Assembly (NCBI GenBank): GCA_964440295.1
Contig: CAYTRT010000017.1
Span: 1 to 24,000, forward strand
Reading direction: 5' to 3'
DNA length: 24,000 nt
Source: an uncultured Nitrososphaeria archaeon
GTDB lineage: Archaea; Thermoproteota; Nitrososphaeria_A; Caldarchaeales; Calditenuaceae
The stretch's first letter is position 1. The number at the start of each line of letters is the position of its first letter. The position numbers and the translations under genes are program-made. The notes beneath the pieces are model-generated. The model was not told where the DNA came from. It saw nothing but the letters and a program-made list of their open reading frames with translations, and did no database searches. Shown here piece by piece: positions 9,768 to 17,447 of this stretch.

Positions 9768-10322
9768 TCATTGCTCCCCTTCGAGGAATCTTTTCTCAGG
9801 CTCTTCTAATCCAGCTTTCAAAAGCTGTGATGAAAACTCGTAGGCCCTCGCTAAGAGATTAAACTCGTTTTTATTAATGATCGTGACCAATACCTGCAAC
9901 GAGTCCCTCTCGATGAATAATCCTAGAGACTTAATTGGAAGCCTTGGCTGAAGTTCTAGTAGTCGAGTGTCTCTTAGCGTGTGGCTGAACATCCTGCCGT
10001 CAGAGTACTTCCCCTCAACTACAACCGTGTCTTGGCCTATTCTTAGAATTTTTTCAACCGTTAATTCATGAATGATTGCTGGCCGTAGATTTTTGTCCTC
10101 TACTATACTATCTATAATAAGTACAGTCCCATCAGGAGTCTCAGCCTGGTGGTATGTCCCGCTAATTGCTTTTCCAAGACTCAGCCAGTCGGGCGGCGCA
10201 TGAATGTATAACTCAACTCTTTGGCCGCCGGGAGTGATGAGCCTAATCTTTAATAATATTGCCTTGCCCAGCCTCGATATATGAAGTCCCTCGACGTAGC
10301 CGCTGAAGGTCCCGCCGCTCAT
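9768..10322 (-). CDS. Hypothetical protein
   Basis: 184-aa ORF with no motif I recognise. It is supported as coding by its length, a balanced amino-acid composition, and a TATA-like box about 28 nt upstream of its ATG. Confidence 0.5.
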   Translation of the reverse strand: MSGGTFSGYVEGLHISRLGKAILLKIRLITPGGQRVELYIHAPPDWLSLGKAISGTYHQAETPDGTVLIIDSIVEDKNLRPAIIHELTVEKILRIGQDTVVVEGKYSDGRMFSHTLRDTRLLELQPRLPIKSLGLFIERDSLQVLVTIINKNEFNLLARAYEFSSQLLKAGLEEPEKRFLEGEQ

Positions 10323-10343
10323 CTTCGGTAAAATCTAAACGAT

Positions 10344-10356
10344 GAGAAATATATGC
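10344..10356 (-). promoter_or_regulatory. TATA-like box for the 184-aa hypothetical gene
   Basis: The minus strand reads GCATATATTTCTC, centred about 28 nt upstream of the ATG at 10322. Confidence 0.4.
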
Positions 10357-10373
10357 GTAAAAACATCTGCATG

Positions 10374-10383
10374 ACATATTTGA
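10374..10383 (+). promoter_or_regulatory. TATA-like box for the Nudix gene
   Basis: ACATATTTGA is centred about 29 nt upstream of the ATG at 10407. Confidence 0.4.
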
Positions 10384-10406
10384 GGAAGAATAAAAATGCA
10401 TAAACG

Positions 10407-10931
10407 ATGAGTGAAGAGAAAGTAGGCAGCAGACGGATATATGAAGGAAGGGTAGTTAGCCTGAGAATAGACAATGTCAGGATAAACAACAAAACTATAG
10501 TGAGGGAGATTGTTGAGCATCCAGGCGCGTCAGCAGTCGTGCCACTTACGACTGACGGAAAAGTCATCCTCGTAAATCAGTATAGACACGCCGCAGGCAT
10601 TGAGCTGTTAGAGATCCCTGCAGGCACAATTAAGCATGGCGAAAGCCCAGAAGAATGCGCCATGAGAGAGCTTCAAGAGGAGACGGGATACGTTGCATTA
10701 AGCCTCGAGTTGCTCGGATCTATTTATCCCTCGCCTGGATACAGCAATGAAGTAATACACATCTACATCGCCAAGGTTGGTTCTTATGTTGGACAGAACA
10801 CGGAGCCAGACGAGAACATAAAAGTAATTTATCTATCACTAGACGACGCTGTAAAAATGATTAAGGAACGCAAAATTAAAGACGCAAAGACAATCGTTGG
10901 TCTAATGCTAACATATACTTTATTTAGATGA
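10407..10931 (+). CDS. Nudix hydrolase, ADP-ribose pyrophosphatase-like
   Basis: 174-aa ORF with a Nudix box, GTIKHGESPEECAMRELQEETGY. The overall layout resembles the NudF/ADPRase subfamily. Confidence 0.85.
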   Translation: MSEEKVGSRRIYEGRVVSLRIDNVRINNKTIVREIVEHPGASAVVPLTTDGKVILVNQYRHAAGIELLEIPAGTIKHGESPEECAMRELQEETGYVALSLELLGSIYPSPGYSNEVIHIYIAKVGSYVGQNTEPDENIKVIYLSLDDAVKMIKERKIKDAKTIVGLMLTYTLFR

Positions 10932-10983
10932 TTCCTGTGCAGTTAGGCATGTGTTACCGAAGTAGATTTAGTTAGATTAGAAA

Positions 10984-10993
10984 CATATTTTAA
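10984..10993 (+). promoter_or_regulatory. TATA-like box for the apbC-moaE-moaD operon
   Basis: CATATTTTAA is centred about 29 nt upstream of the ATG at 11018. A TAGATTTAG/TTAGATTAG direct repeat precedes it at 10963-10980. Confidence 0.45.
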
Positions 10994-11017
10994 CTCTAGG
11001 GGCATCATAGATTTTGG

Positions 11018-12079
11018 ATGACTGTAACAGAGGACTTGGTTTTAAAAGCGCTTAAGAAGGTGATCGACCCAGAACTGAGAACGGACATTGTCTCGATGGG
11101 AATGATAAGGGACTTAAAGGTTCAGGATGGGCGCGTCTCCTTCACGCTCGTATTGACAACGCCTGCATGCCCATTCAATGAACAGATAACTAGACAAGCA
11201 AGAGAAGCAGTAGAGTCAATCCCGGGAGTCAAGTCCGTAGACATGAAGGTTACTTCTAATGTCCCGTCAACGAGGAGGACCGAGATGAATATGCTAAACA
11301 TGCCGGGACTTAAGAACGTTGTGGCTGTTGCTAGTGGTAAGGGAGGAGTTGGTAAATCCTCTCTTGCTGTAAATTTGGCCCTAGCGCTTGCGGAGTCTGG
11401 AGCTAAGACGGGACTACTTGACGCGGATATGTATGGACCAACCATCCCTAAACTGTTGAAGAATATTGGCTTCCCTCAGGCAGCAGGAGATAAAGTTCTG
11501 CCGGCTGTCGGCCCTATGGGGCTAAAGGTGATGTCAATTGGATTACTAATCACAGATGAAACGCCAGTTATCTGGAGAGGCCCCTTAGTGGCAAACGCGG
11601 TTAGACAGATGTTGTCTGAAATTGAGTGGGGCGAGCTGGATTATCTGGTCGTCGACCTCCCACCAGGTACTGGTGATGCATCGCTAACACTGGCGCAGAG
11701 CATTCCCTTGACAGGCGTCATAATAGTCACTACTCCGCAGGCGGCTGCTGTGACCATAGCGATGAAGGCACTTAGAATGTTTGAGAAACTTGGAGTGCCC
11801 ATTATTGGGATAGTTGAGAATATGTCTTATTACGTATGTCGTAAATGCGGAGAGAAGGCCTACATATTCGGCAAGGGCGGTGGAAGAATGGCCGCGGAGC
11901 ATGTGGGCGTTCCATTCCTAGGCGAGATACCGATAATCCCCGAGATAATGCTGGGGGGCGACGAGGGAGAGCCCGTAATTCTCGCTCATCCAAAATCAGA
12001 AGCAGCAAACATCCTACGTCAAATAGCTAAGAATGTTGCTGGAAGGGTCAGCGTTCTCGCGAAAGTGGGAACAAAATGA
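11018..12079 (+). CDS. apbC: Fe-S cluster carrier ATPase, Mrp/NBP35/ApbC family, with an N-terminal DUF59/MIP18-like domain
   Basis: 353-aa ORF. The N-terminus (VIDPELRTDIVSMGMIRDL) is DUF59-like. It has a deviant Walker A motif (VASGKGGVGKSS), DLPPGTGD, and a CRKC cysteine pair in the C-terminal half. Confidence 0.9.
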   Translation: MTVTEDLVLKALKKVIDPELRTDIVSMGMIRDLKVQDGRVSFTLVLTTPACPFNEQITRQAREAVESIPGVKSVDMKVTSNVPSTRRTEMNMLNMPGLKNVVAVASGKGGVGKSSLAVNLALALAESGAKTGLLDADMYGPTIPKLLKNIGFPQAAGDKVLPAVGPMGLKVMSIGLLITDETPVIWRGPLVANAVRQMLSEIEWGELDYLVVDLPPGTGDASLTLAQSIPLTGVIIVTTPQAAAVTIAMKALRMFEKLGVPIIGIVENMSYYVCRKCGEKAYIFGKGGGRMAAEHVGVPFLGEIPIIPEIMLGGDEGEPVILAHPKSEAANILRQIAKNVAGRVSVLAKVGTK

Positions 12080-12540
12080 ATGAGCAGAAGAATGCACCTT
12101 CTCTACCAAGCGTAGGAGTCTACAAGAAAGACAGTCTCAACCTATTAGAGATTCTAGCCCATGTCGATCTGATTTATTCATCTGGAAGGGATGGTGCGGT
12201 AGCGTCATACATAGGAGTGGCAAGAAACACCAGCAGGGAAGGTAAAGCGGTAAGCTATGTCGAGATAGAAGCGTACGAGGAAAACGCAAACCTCGAGATA
12301 TCAAAGATATGTCGGGAACTTGCTGATAAGTATGAGTTATCAAACGTGGGGATATGGCACCTTACTGGAAAATTCATGCCTGGAGAGCCCATAGTGCTAG
12401 TGGTGGTCGCTGGGAGAAGACGTGCCGCAGTCCTTGAAGGTCTCAAAGAAGCGATAGAGAGATACAAGACAGAGCCAGCAATCTTCAAGAAAGAAGTATA
12501 TCCAGACGGTACTCATAGATGGGTTGAGGAGCGACACTAG
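12076..12540 (+). CDS. moaE: Molybdopterin synthase catalytic subunit MoaE family protein
   Basis: 154-aa ORF with GAVASYIGVARN, YVEIEAYEENA, WHLTGKFMPGEPIVLVVVAG and TEPAIFKKE (cf. the MoaE PIWKKE motif). Its start overlaps the apbC stop in an ATGA. Confidence 0.8.
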   Translation: MNEQKNAPSLPSVGVYKKDSLNLLEILAHVDLIYSSGRDGAVASYIGVARNTSREGKAVSYVEIEAYEENANLEISKICRELADKYELSNVGIWHLTGKFMPGEPIVLVVVAGRRRAAVLEGLKEAIERYKTEPAIFKKEVYPDGTHRWVEERH

Positions 12541-12859
12541 CTTTGTCTTTATTGGTGAGAGTTTGATTAGAATAGAGGTAAGGTTCTACGCGTACCTCAG
12601 AGAAATTACAGGTAAGCACTCTGAATCAATCATTCTTAAAGAGGGCTCAACAATTATTGATGCTCTTAAATTAATTATCGATAAATATGGCGAGCATATG
12701 CGTAGATATATTTTAGATGACGAAGGACAGATAAGAAATAACATAACAATAGCAATAAATGCACAAAGGATAGATAGGGCACGTATCGAAGGCTACGCGC
12801 TAAACGATGGCGATGTATTAGTAATAATTCCGCCCACCGCAGGGGGCATCAATGATTAG
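12524..12859 (+). CDS. moaD: MoaD/ThiS-family ubiquitin-fold sulfur carrier (SAMP-like); C-terminus reads ...PPTAGG-IND
   Basis: The core IRIEVRFYAYLREITGK...LNDGDVLVIIPPTAGG is a typical MoaD beta-grasp. The ATG at 12524 overlaps moaE by 17 nt. An in-frame TTG at 12563, preceded by GGTGA at 12554-12558, is a plausible true start and would give about 98 aa. Confidence 0.8.
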   Translation: MRSDTSFVFIGESLIRIEVRFYAYLREITGKHSESIILKEGSTIIDALKLIIDKYGEHMRRYILDDEGQIRNNITIAINAQRIDRARIEGYALNDGDVLVIIPPTAGGIND

Positions 12860-12865
12860 GAAGCC

Positions 12866-13180
12866 TCATCTTCTAAGCTTCCTCAGGGCTTCTAGGTCCA
12901 TTGTTCCATATGTTCTATAGACATGCACTACTAGAAGGAGCCCAGCCGCGATTATTGATGCTCCGACACCTAGCGATATTACTACGAGGCTTAACGCGTA
13001 GGGGTCTATTCCGGCTGGATTACTTGTGGCAAAGACAACAAAGTTCAGATGAGCAGCGTTAATCAGGATCTCGATGGCTATTAGTTGTTTTATTATGTTT
13101 CTTTTGCTCGCGAGTGTGTATATGCCTAGCGCGAAAATGAAGGCTGAGATGGGGACGTATATCAATGGTGGCAGCGCCAT
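12866..13180 (-). CDS. nuoK: NuoK / MrpC / MbhG-like small membrane subunit
   Basis: 104-aa ORF with three TM segments. LIAIEILINAAHLNFVVF aligns to E. coli NuoK LIGLEIMINASALAFVV, and the first membrane Glu is conserved. GGAGGGAG lies 4-11 nt upstream of the ATG. The gap to the upstream gene is 1 nt. Confidence 0.8.
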   Translation of the reverse strand: MALPPLIYVPISAFIFALGIYTLASKRNIIKQLIAIEILINAAHLNFVVFATSNPAGIDPYALSLVVISLGVGASIIAAGLLLVVHVYRTYGTMDLEALRKLRR

Positions 13181-13181
13181 T

Positions 13182-13439
13182 TTACTCCCTCCTTAGAAGT
13201 GTTGAGACTCCGAGTATCAGCGCGATTAATACCATCAAGAATGCAACCATAGCGGGGAAGAGCTCCCTCCATACATATCTGCCAATGGCTGCTCCCAACT
13301 CACTGACTCCAAGATTGGAGAGTCTATGGAGGTTGCTTCCCCAGTAGGCATACAGAGGGGGATTAGAGGCAAAAATGATTATGACTACCGCCGCGAATAT
13401 TACTGAGGCTATCGTTCCAATGATCTCGGTTGTCTTCAA
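13182..13439 (-). CDS. NuoJ-like membrane subunit, C-terminal half (split NuoJ)
   Basis: 85-aa ORF. SELGAAIGRYVWRELFPAMVAFLMVLIALILG aligns to the C-terminal part of NuoJ (AVGITLFGPYVLAVELASMLLLAGLVVA). Its TTG start overlaps the upstream stop in a TTGA. Confidence 0.65.
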   Translation of the reverse strand: MKTTEIIGTIASVIFAAVVIIIFASNPPLYAYWGSNLHRLSNLGVSELGAAIGRYVWRELFPAMVAFLMVLIALILGVSTLLRRE

Positions 13440-13684
13440 GATTCTTCAACCCTCCTTGTAAGCATTATGACTGCTATGAATAGTGCTATTGTGCCGCCTG
13501 AGTATGCCAGTATCTGGAATAACCCTACGTGGAAAGCCCCTAAGGCCATGAATAGCAGTCCTAAGCTCAGCGTGAATATGAAGAGGCACATCACGGCCTT
13601 TACTAGGCTACGCACCTCAACGGACAGGATTCCCGACACAATAATGATAAGCAAGAGTATGGCCTCGATTTCAGGGAATGCCAA
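13436..13684 (-). CDS. NuoJ-like membrane subunit, N-terminal half (split NuoJ; also resembles MbhD/DUF4040)
   Basis: 82-aa ORF. VRSLVKAVMCLFIFTLSLGLLFMALGAFHVGLFQILAYSGGTIALFIAVIML aligns to the E. coli NuoJ segment NPVHALLYLIISLLAISGVFFSLGAYFAGALEIIVYAGAIMVLFVFVVMML. It has a TTG start with GGAGG 6 nt upstream. Confidence 0.65.
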   Translation of the reverse strand: MAFPEIEAILLLIIIVSGILSVEVRSLVKAVMCLFIFTLSLGLLFMALGAFHVGLFQILAYSGGTIALFIAVIMLTRRVEES

Positions 13685-13743
13685 AGTTATCCTCCCTCAA
13701 TTCTTCAGAAGGATAGTTGTTTTTAAACCTGAGCTTGATCTGA

Positions 13744-14997
13744 TTAATGTAACTTATTCATTCTTTTGGCAGCTTCTTTCAGCGCCTCAACCCCTGGGAG
13801 TTCTCTGCCCATTAAGTATTCAATCAATGCTCCACCAGCGGTGCTTACGTAGCTTAGCCTATCCTTAAGTCCGAATTTTTCAATAGCAGCTACAGTGTGC
13901 CCGCCACCTGCAACTGTAAATTTATCCTCTCTGGCTACGGCAGATAATATCTGCCTCGTACCCTTGGTGAATTGTTCTTTCTCGAAAACTCCTAGGGGGC
14001 CGCTTATGAAGACGGATTTTGCGCTCGACAGTATTCTGCAGTATTCCTCAATAGTTTTTTCTCCTATATCCATTATTTGATACTCAGTGGGTAGGTTGCT
14101 AATGGGTATCTCCATTCTCTCGCCATTTTTATCGACTGCGAGGTCTAGAGGCAGCTTTATTCTTTCCGGATATCTAGATAGAACATCCCTAATATCAGGT
14201 TCAAGCTGTTCTAATTTCTGCTCTTTAATAAACTTAGTATTAATTATGCCCAAGTCATAGCCGGCAGCATGTAAAAACAACTGGCCGACTAACCCACCAG
14301 TTAAGACATACTCGGCAATGTTTTTATCAAGAACGTGCTTAGTAATGGCTAAGGAGTCATCTGCCTTTGCCCCTCCTAATACATACACGCAGGGCTTTTC
14401 TGGGTTTGATGAAACTCTAGCTAGGGCAGCCAGCTCTCTTTCCATAACCCTGCCGGCATAGCTCGGAAGAACTGCTGTAAATCCTACGATTGAGGCGTGA
14501 GCCCTATGAGATGCTGAAAATGCATCATTGACAAAGCAGTCGAAGAGTGGTGCTAGTCTAGAGACAAGCTCTGTCTTTGCATGTTCTTCAGGTTTGCCGC
14601 TCTTCATTTCGTATGGCAGTGTCCTAACATTTTCAAGCATTAAAACTTCACCACTCTTAATCGACTTAATCGAGTTGATTGCCTTCTCTCCTACAACATC
14701 ATCAACATAGCTTACTGTACTCCCGAGTATTCTCGAGAGTATTTCTGCGTGTTCCTTCATACTGGTAAAGTCGGGATCGCCGGGCCTTCCCTGATGTGCA
14801 ATTATTACTACTTTAGCTTTTTTCATAACTAATTCTCGAATTGTCATCTCTGCGTGGATTCTAATCCTCGTATCGTCGACGATGCGTTTTGTTGATGGGT
14901 CTATCGGTGAGTTAAAGTCGCATCTTAATAATATTCTCTTATTTGTTGCTTCTAACTCGTCAAGAGTCTTTATGCTCATAACTCTTATGGCACTCAT
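13744..14997 (-). CDS. pgk: Phosphoglycerate kinase, archaeal type
   Basis: 417-aa ORF with ILLRCDFNSPI, DDTRIRIH, IIAHQGRPG (the archaeal-type motif; bacteria have SHLGRP), and GGGHTVAA...STAGGALIEYL. It starts 3 nt after the gap stop. Confidence 0.93.
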   Translation of the reverse strand: MSAIRVMSIKTLDELEATNKRILLRCDFNSPIDPSTKRIVDDTRIRIHAEMTIRELVMKKAKVVIIAHQGRPGDPDFTSMKEHAEILSRILGSTVSYVDDVVGEKAINSIKSIKSGEVLMLENVRTLPYEMKSGKPEEHAKTELVSRLAPLFDCFVNDAFSASHRAHASIVGFTAVLPSYAGRVMERELAALARVSSNPEKPCVYVLGGAKADDSLAITKHVLDKNIAEYVLTGGLVGQLFLHAAGYDLGIINTKFIKEQKLEQLEPDIRDVLSRYPERIKLPLDLAVDKNGERMEIPISNLPTEYQIMDIGEKTIEEYCRILSSAKSVFISGPLGVFEKEQFTKGTRQILSAVAREDKFTVAGGGHTVAAIEKFGLKDRLSYVSTAGGALIEYLMGRELPGVEALKEAAKRMNKLH

Positions 14998-15000
14998 CTA

Positions 15001-16014
15001 TTATATTCCTGCCTTCTCAATCATGAGCTCGGCGAGCTCTACAAGTCTGCAGGAGAACGCCCACTCATTATCATACCAGGCTAAGACCTTAGCAAGTATT
15101 CCTTCAACGACCATGGTTGACAGTCCGTCAACGATTGCTGAATATGTCGTATGGTTTACGTCTGAAGAGACGATCGGGTCCTCAGTATAGGCCAGTATTC
15201 CTTTCAACTCTCCCTCAGCTGCGTCCTTAAACTTGGCGTTTATCTCGCTTGGAGTAGCTGGTTTCTCAAGAACTGCAGTAAGGTCAACTATGGAGACGTT
15301 CGGGACTGGCACTCTTATGGCTATTCCATCCATTTTTCCCTTTAGCTCCGGCAGAACTAGGGTAGCAGCTCTAGCGGCACCCGTGGTCGTTGGAATTATG
15401 TTCATTGCTCCTGCCCTAGCTCTCCGCAGATCTTTATGGACAAGGTCTAGTATTCTCTGATCATTAGTGTATGCATGTGCAGTATTCATTAATGCGGCTC
15501 TGATCCCAAAGTTTTCGTGAAGAACCTTAGCTACAGGCGCTACCGCATTCGTTGTGCAAGACGCGTTAGAGACTATGTGGTGTCTAGCCGGGTCATATTC
15601 CTTATGATTCACTCCAATGACTACCGTCAAGTCAGGGTCCTTTGCCGGCGCGGTAATAATCACTTTTTTTGCACCAGCCCTAAGGTGGTTAGAGGCTCCC
15701 TCCCTATCGGTGAATCTACCCGTAGACTCTATGACTAGATAGACGTCTAGTTCTCGCCATGGTAGGGTAGCAGGATCGGGTTGGCTGAAGACTCTAATTC
15801 TCTTTCCATCAACTATTATGTAATTGTCTTCCGCCTTAACCTCGTGCTGGAACCTACCGTGAGTGGAGTCGTATTTTAAGAGGTGTGCCAGCGTCTTTGT
15901 GTCTGCCACGTCGTTTACAGCAATAATCTCAAAGTTTCTCTCCTTTTCATAGGCAGCCCTAAAGAACAGACGTCCAATCCTACCAAAGCCATTAATAGCT
16001 ATTTTAACAGACAT
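15001..16014 (-). CDS. gap: Glyceraldehyde-3-phosphate dehydrogenase, class I (bacterial/eukaryotic type)
   Basis: 337-aa ORF that aligns along its whole length with E. coli GapA. Shared motifs are [31 protein letters not shown] (catalytic Cys), IIPTTTGAA and WYDNEW. Confidence 0.95.
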   Translation of the reverse strand: MSVKIAINGFGRIGRLFFRAAYEKERNFEIIAVNDVADTKTLAHLLKYDSTHGRFQHEVKAEDNYIIVDGKRIRVFSQPDPATLPWRELDVYLVIESTGRFTDREGASNHLRAGAKKVIITAPAKDPDLTVVIGVNHKEYDPARHHIVSNASCTTNAVAPVAKVLHENFGIRAALMNTAHAYTNDQRILDLVHKDLRRARAGAMNIIPTTTGAARAATLVLPELKGKMDGIAIRVPVPNVSIVDLTAVLEKPATPSEINAKFKDAAEGELKGILAYTEDPIVSSDVNHTTYSAIVDGLSTMVVEGILAKVLAWYDNEWAFSCRLVELAELMIEKAGI

Positions 16015-16143
16015 TTCTATGAATAAATCTATTAATCAATCTCAATATGAATGTATCGGTTCGTTTGATTGATGGATTAAAGTTGTTCTATGTATTTTAT
16101 AGCTGAAAAATACTTTTCATTTTTTAAAAAACTATAATGATGG

Positions 16144-17301
16144 TTAGTCCCTTATCTCTACGAGGTCGCCGTCATCCAAAACGAATTCTGGCCCCACTCG
16201 CTGTCCTTGGATCTTGACCGACCTCCCCCATACCCTCGCATACTTCATGTTTTTAGCTAGATCTCTGTGTATTATTTCGGCTAATTCTTGGACGGTTGTT
16301 CCACGCGGTAGGAGGAGTGGCTTTGGAGACGGCTGTCCGTCTTTCTGTGTATAGATCCTAATCATCTCCAAGGACTCGAAGAGGAACTTCTTCAAGCTAT
16401 CCCTTGCTTCTTCTGAGTTGCATGATGCGTAGATCCATCTAAGTCCATAATTCGCTGCCTGCTTAATGATGGATTCTAGCTGGCTCTTAGGAATTTGGTC
16501 GGCCTTATTGAAGATGACTACGGCTTTCTTATAGGTGGTCTCTGTCAGTATTTGTTCTTGAACTTCGTCAAGCGTCGCGTCTCCGACTATTTTGATAACC
16601 GCGGACCTCAGTCCTAAGTCCAACAGTAGTTGTCTCAGCTCCTCATAGGAAAAATCTGTCTTGCCCATCGTTATTATCCTGAGTCCGCCGCTATCCTTCT
16701 TCTCTACAACTATTTCGCATCTTTTCTTCTCGATGCTTATTCCGTGATTTTTCAGAAGTTCTATAACTGCTCTCAGCTGGTCGAGTGGCTTGTTTGCTAG
16801 GTCCACCACTATGGCTATGAGGTCGCTGTTCCTCGCTATTCCGATCGACTTGGATGCATAGCTGGTCTCTTCAAGATCATACGTAAGTATGGACGGCAGG
16901 TCGACTATCTGTATCTCCACATTCTCGTAAATCATCATCCCTAGGTATGGCTTCTGAGTCGTCAACGGATAGTCTGCTACTGGCGAAGATGCGCCCGTAA
17001 GAATGTTTAGTATGCTTGATTTTCCTGAGTTGGCTGCTCCGATGAGGGATATTTGGGCCCAGCCTTCCTTTTTTACTGAAAATACAGAAGTACCTCCAAC
17101 CCTCCTTCTTCGTCTTTCTTCCTCCTCTCTTCTAAGCTCAGCTAGTCTTTTCCGTAGTTGTCTCCTTAACTTTTCTGTTCCTTTATGGTCAGGTATTAGG
17201 CTAAGAGCCTCGGATAGTACTTTGATTTTTTCCTCATTCGTCCTTGCTGCTTGATACTCGGCTAGCTTTTTCTTGGCCTCGGCCGGAAGATTAGTGGGCA
17301 T
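16144..17301 (-). CDS. DRG/Obg-family GTP-binding protein with a C-terminal TGS domain
   Basis: 385-aa ORF. The N-terminus is a charged helix (PAEAKKKLAEYQAAR...). It has a G1 motif GAANSGKSS, a DLPS-type G3 motif, an NKAD G4 motif, and a TGS-like C-terminus ending DGDLVEIRD. Confidence 0.85.
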   Translation of the reverse strand: MPTNLPAEAKKKLAEYQAARTNEEKIKVLSEALSLIPDHKGTEKLRRQLRKRLAELRREEEERRRRRVGGTSVFSVKKEGWAQISLIGAANSGKSSILNILTGASSPVADYPLTTQKPYLGMMIYENVEIQIVDLPSILTYDLEETSYASKSIGIARNSDLIAIVVDLANKPLDQLRAVIELLKNHGISIEKKRCEIVVEKKDSGGLRIITMGKTDFSYEELRQLLLDLGLRSAVIKIVGDATLDEVQEQILTETTYKKAVVIFNKADQIPKSQLESIIKQAANYGLRWIYASCNSEEARDSLKKFLFESLEMIRIYTQKDGQPSPKPLLLPRGTTVQELAEIIHRDLAKNMKYARVWGRSVKIQGQRVGPEFVLDDGDLVEIRD

Positions 17302-17447
17302 ATGTCTAAATAACTCTATAATTACGTAGCTACTTTTAAGTTATGTGTCTGCTATGCGGTGGCTACCTTGCCCATTGCTACTCTTGGTTTATATCAGGGT
17401 GTATAGAATTTTGAGGTAGTAAGTAATGTCTTATAGGGGGTATAGAA

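Noticed and set aside
10319-10567. Minus-strand ORFs of 82 aa and 61 aa across the divergent promoter and the start of the Nudix gene.
   Set aside because: They run through an A/T-rich promoter spacer and antisense to the Nudix gene. The hydrophobic, Phe/Leu-rich translation is what A/T-rich DNA produces by default. There is no independent support.
16031-16080. An imperfect inverted repeat, ATTAATCAATC ... GATTGAT(GGAT)TAA, in the gap promoter region. I considered an operator for a glycolysis regulator.
   Set aside because: The repeat is A/T-rich, needs a 4-nt bulge, and lies in a generally A/T-rich spacer where such matches arise by chance. It does not match the known Thermococcales TGM motif (TATCAC-N5-GTGATA).
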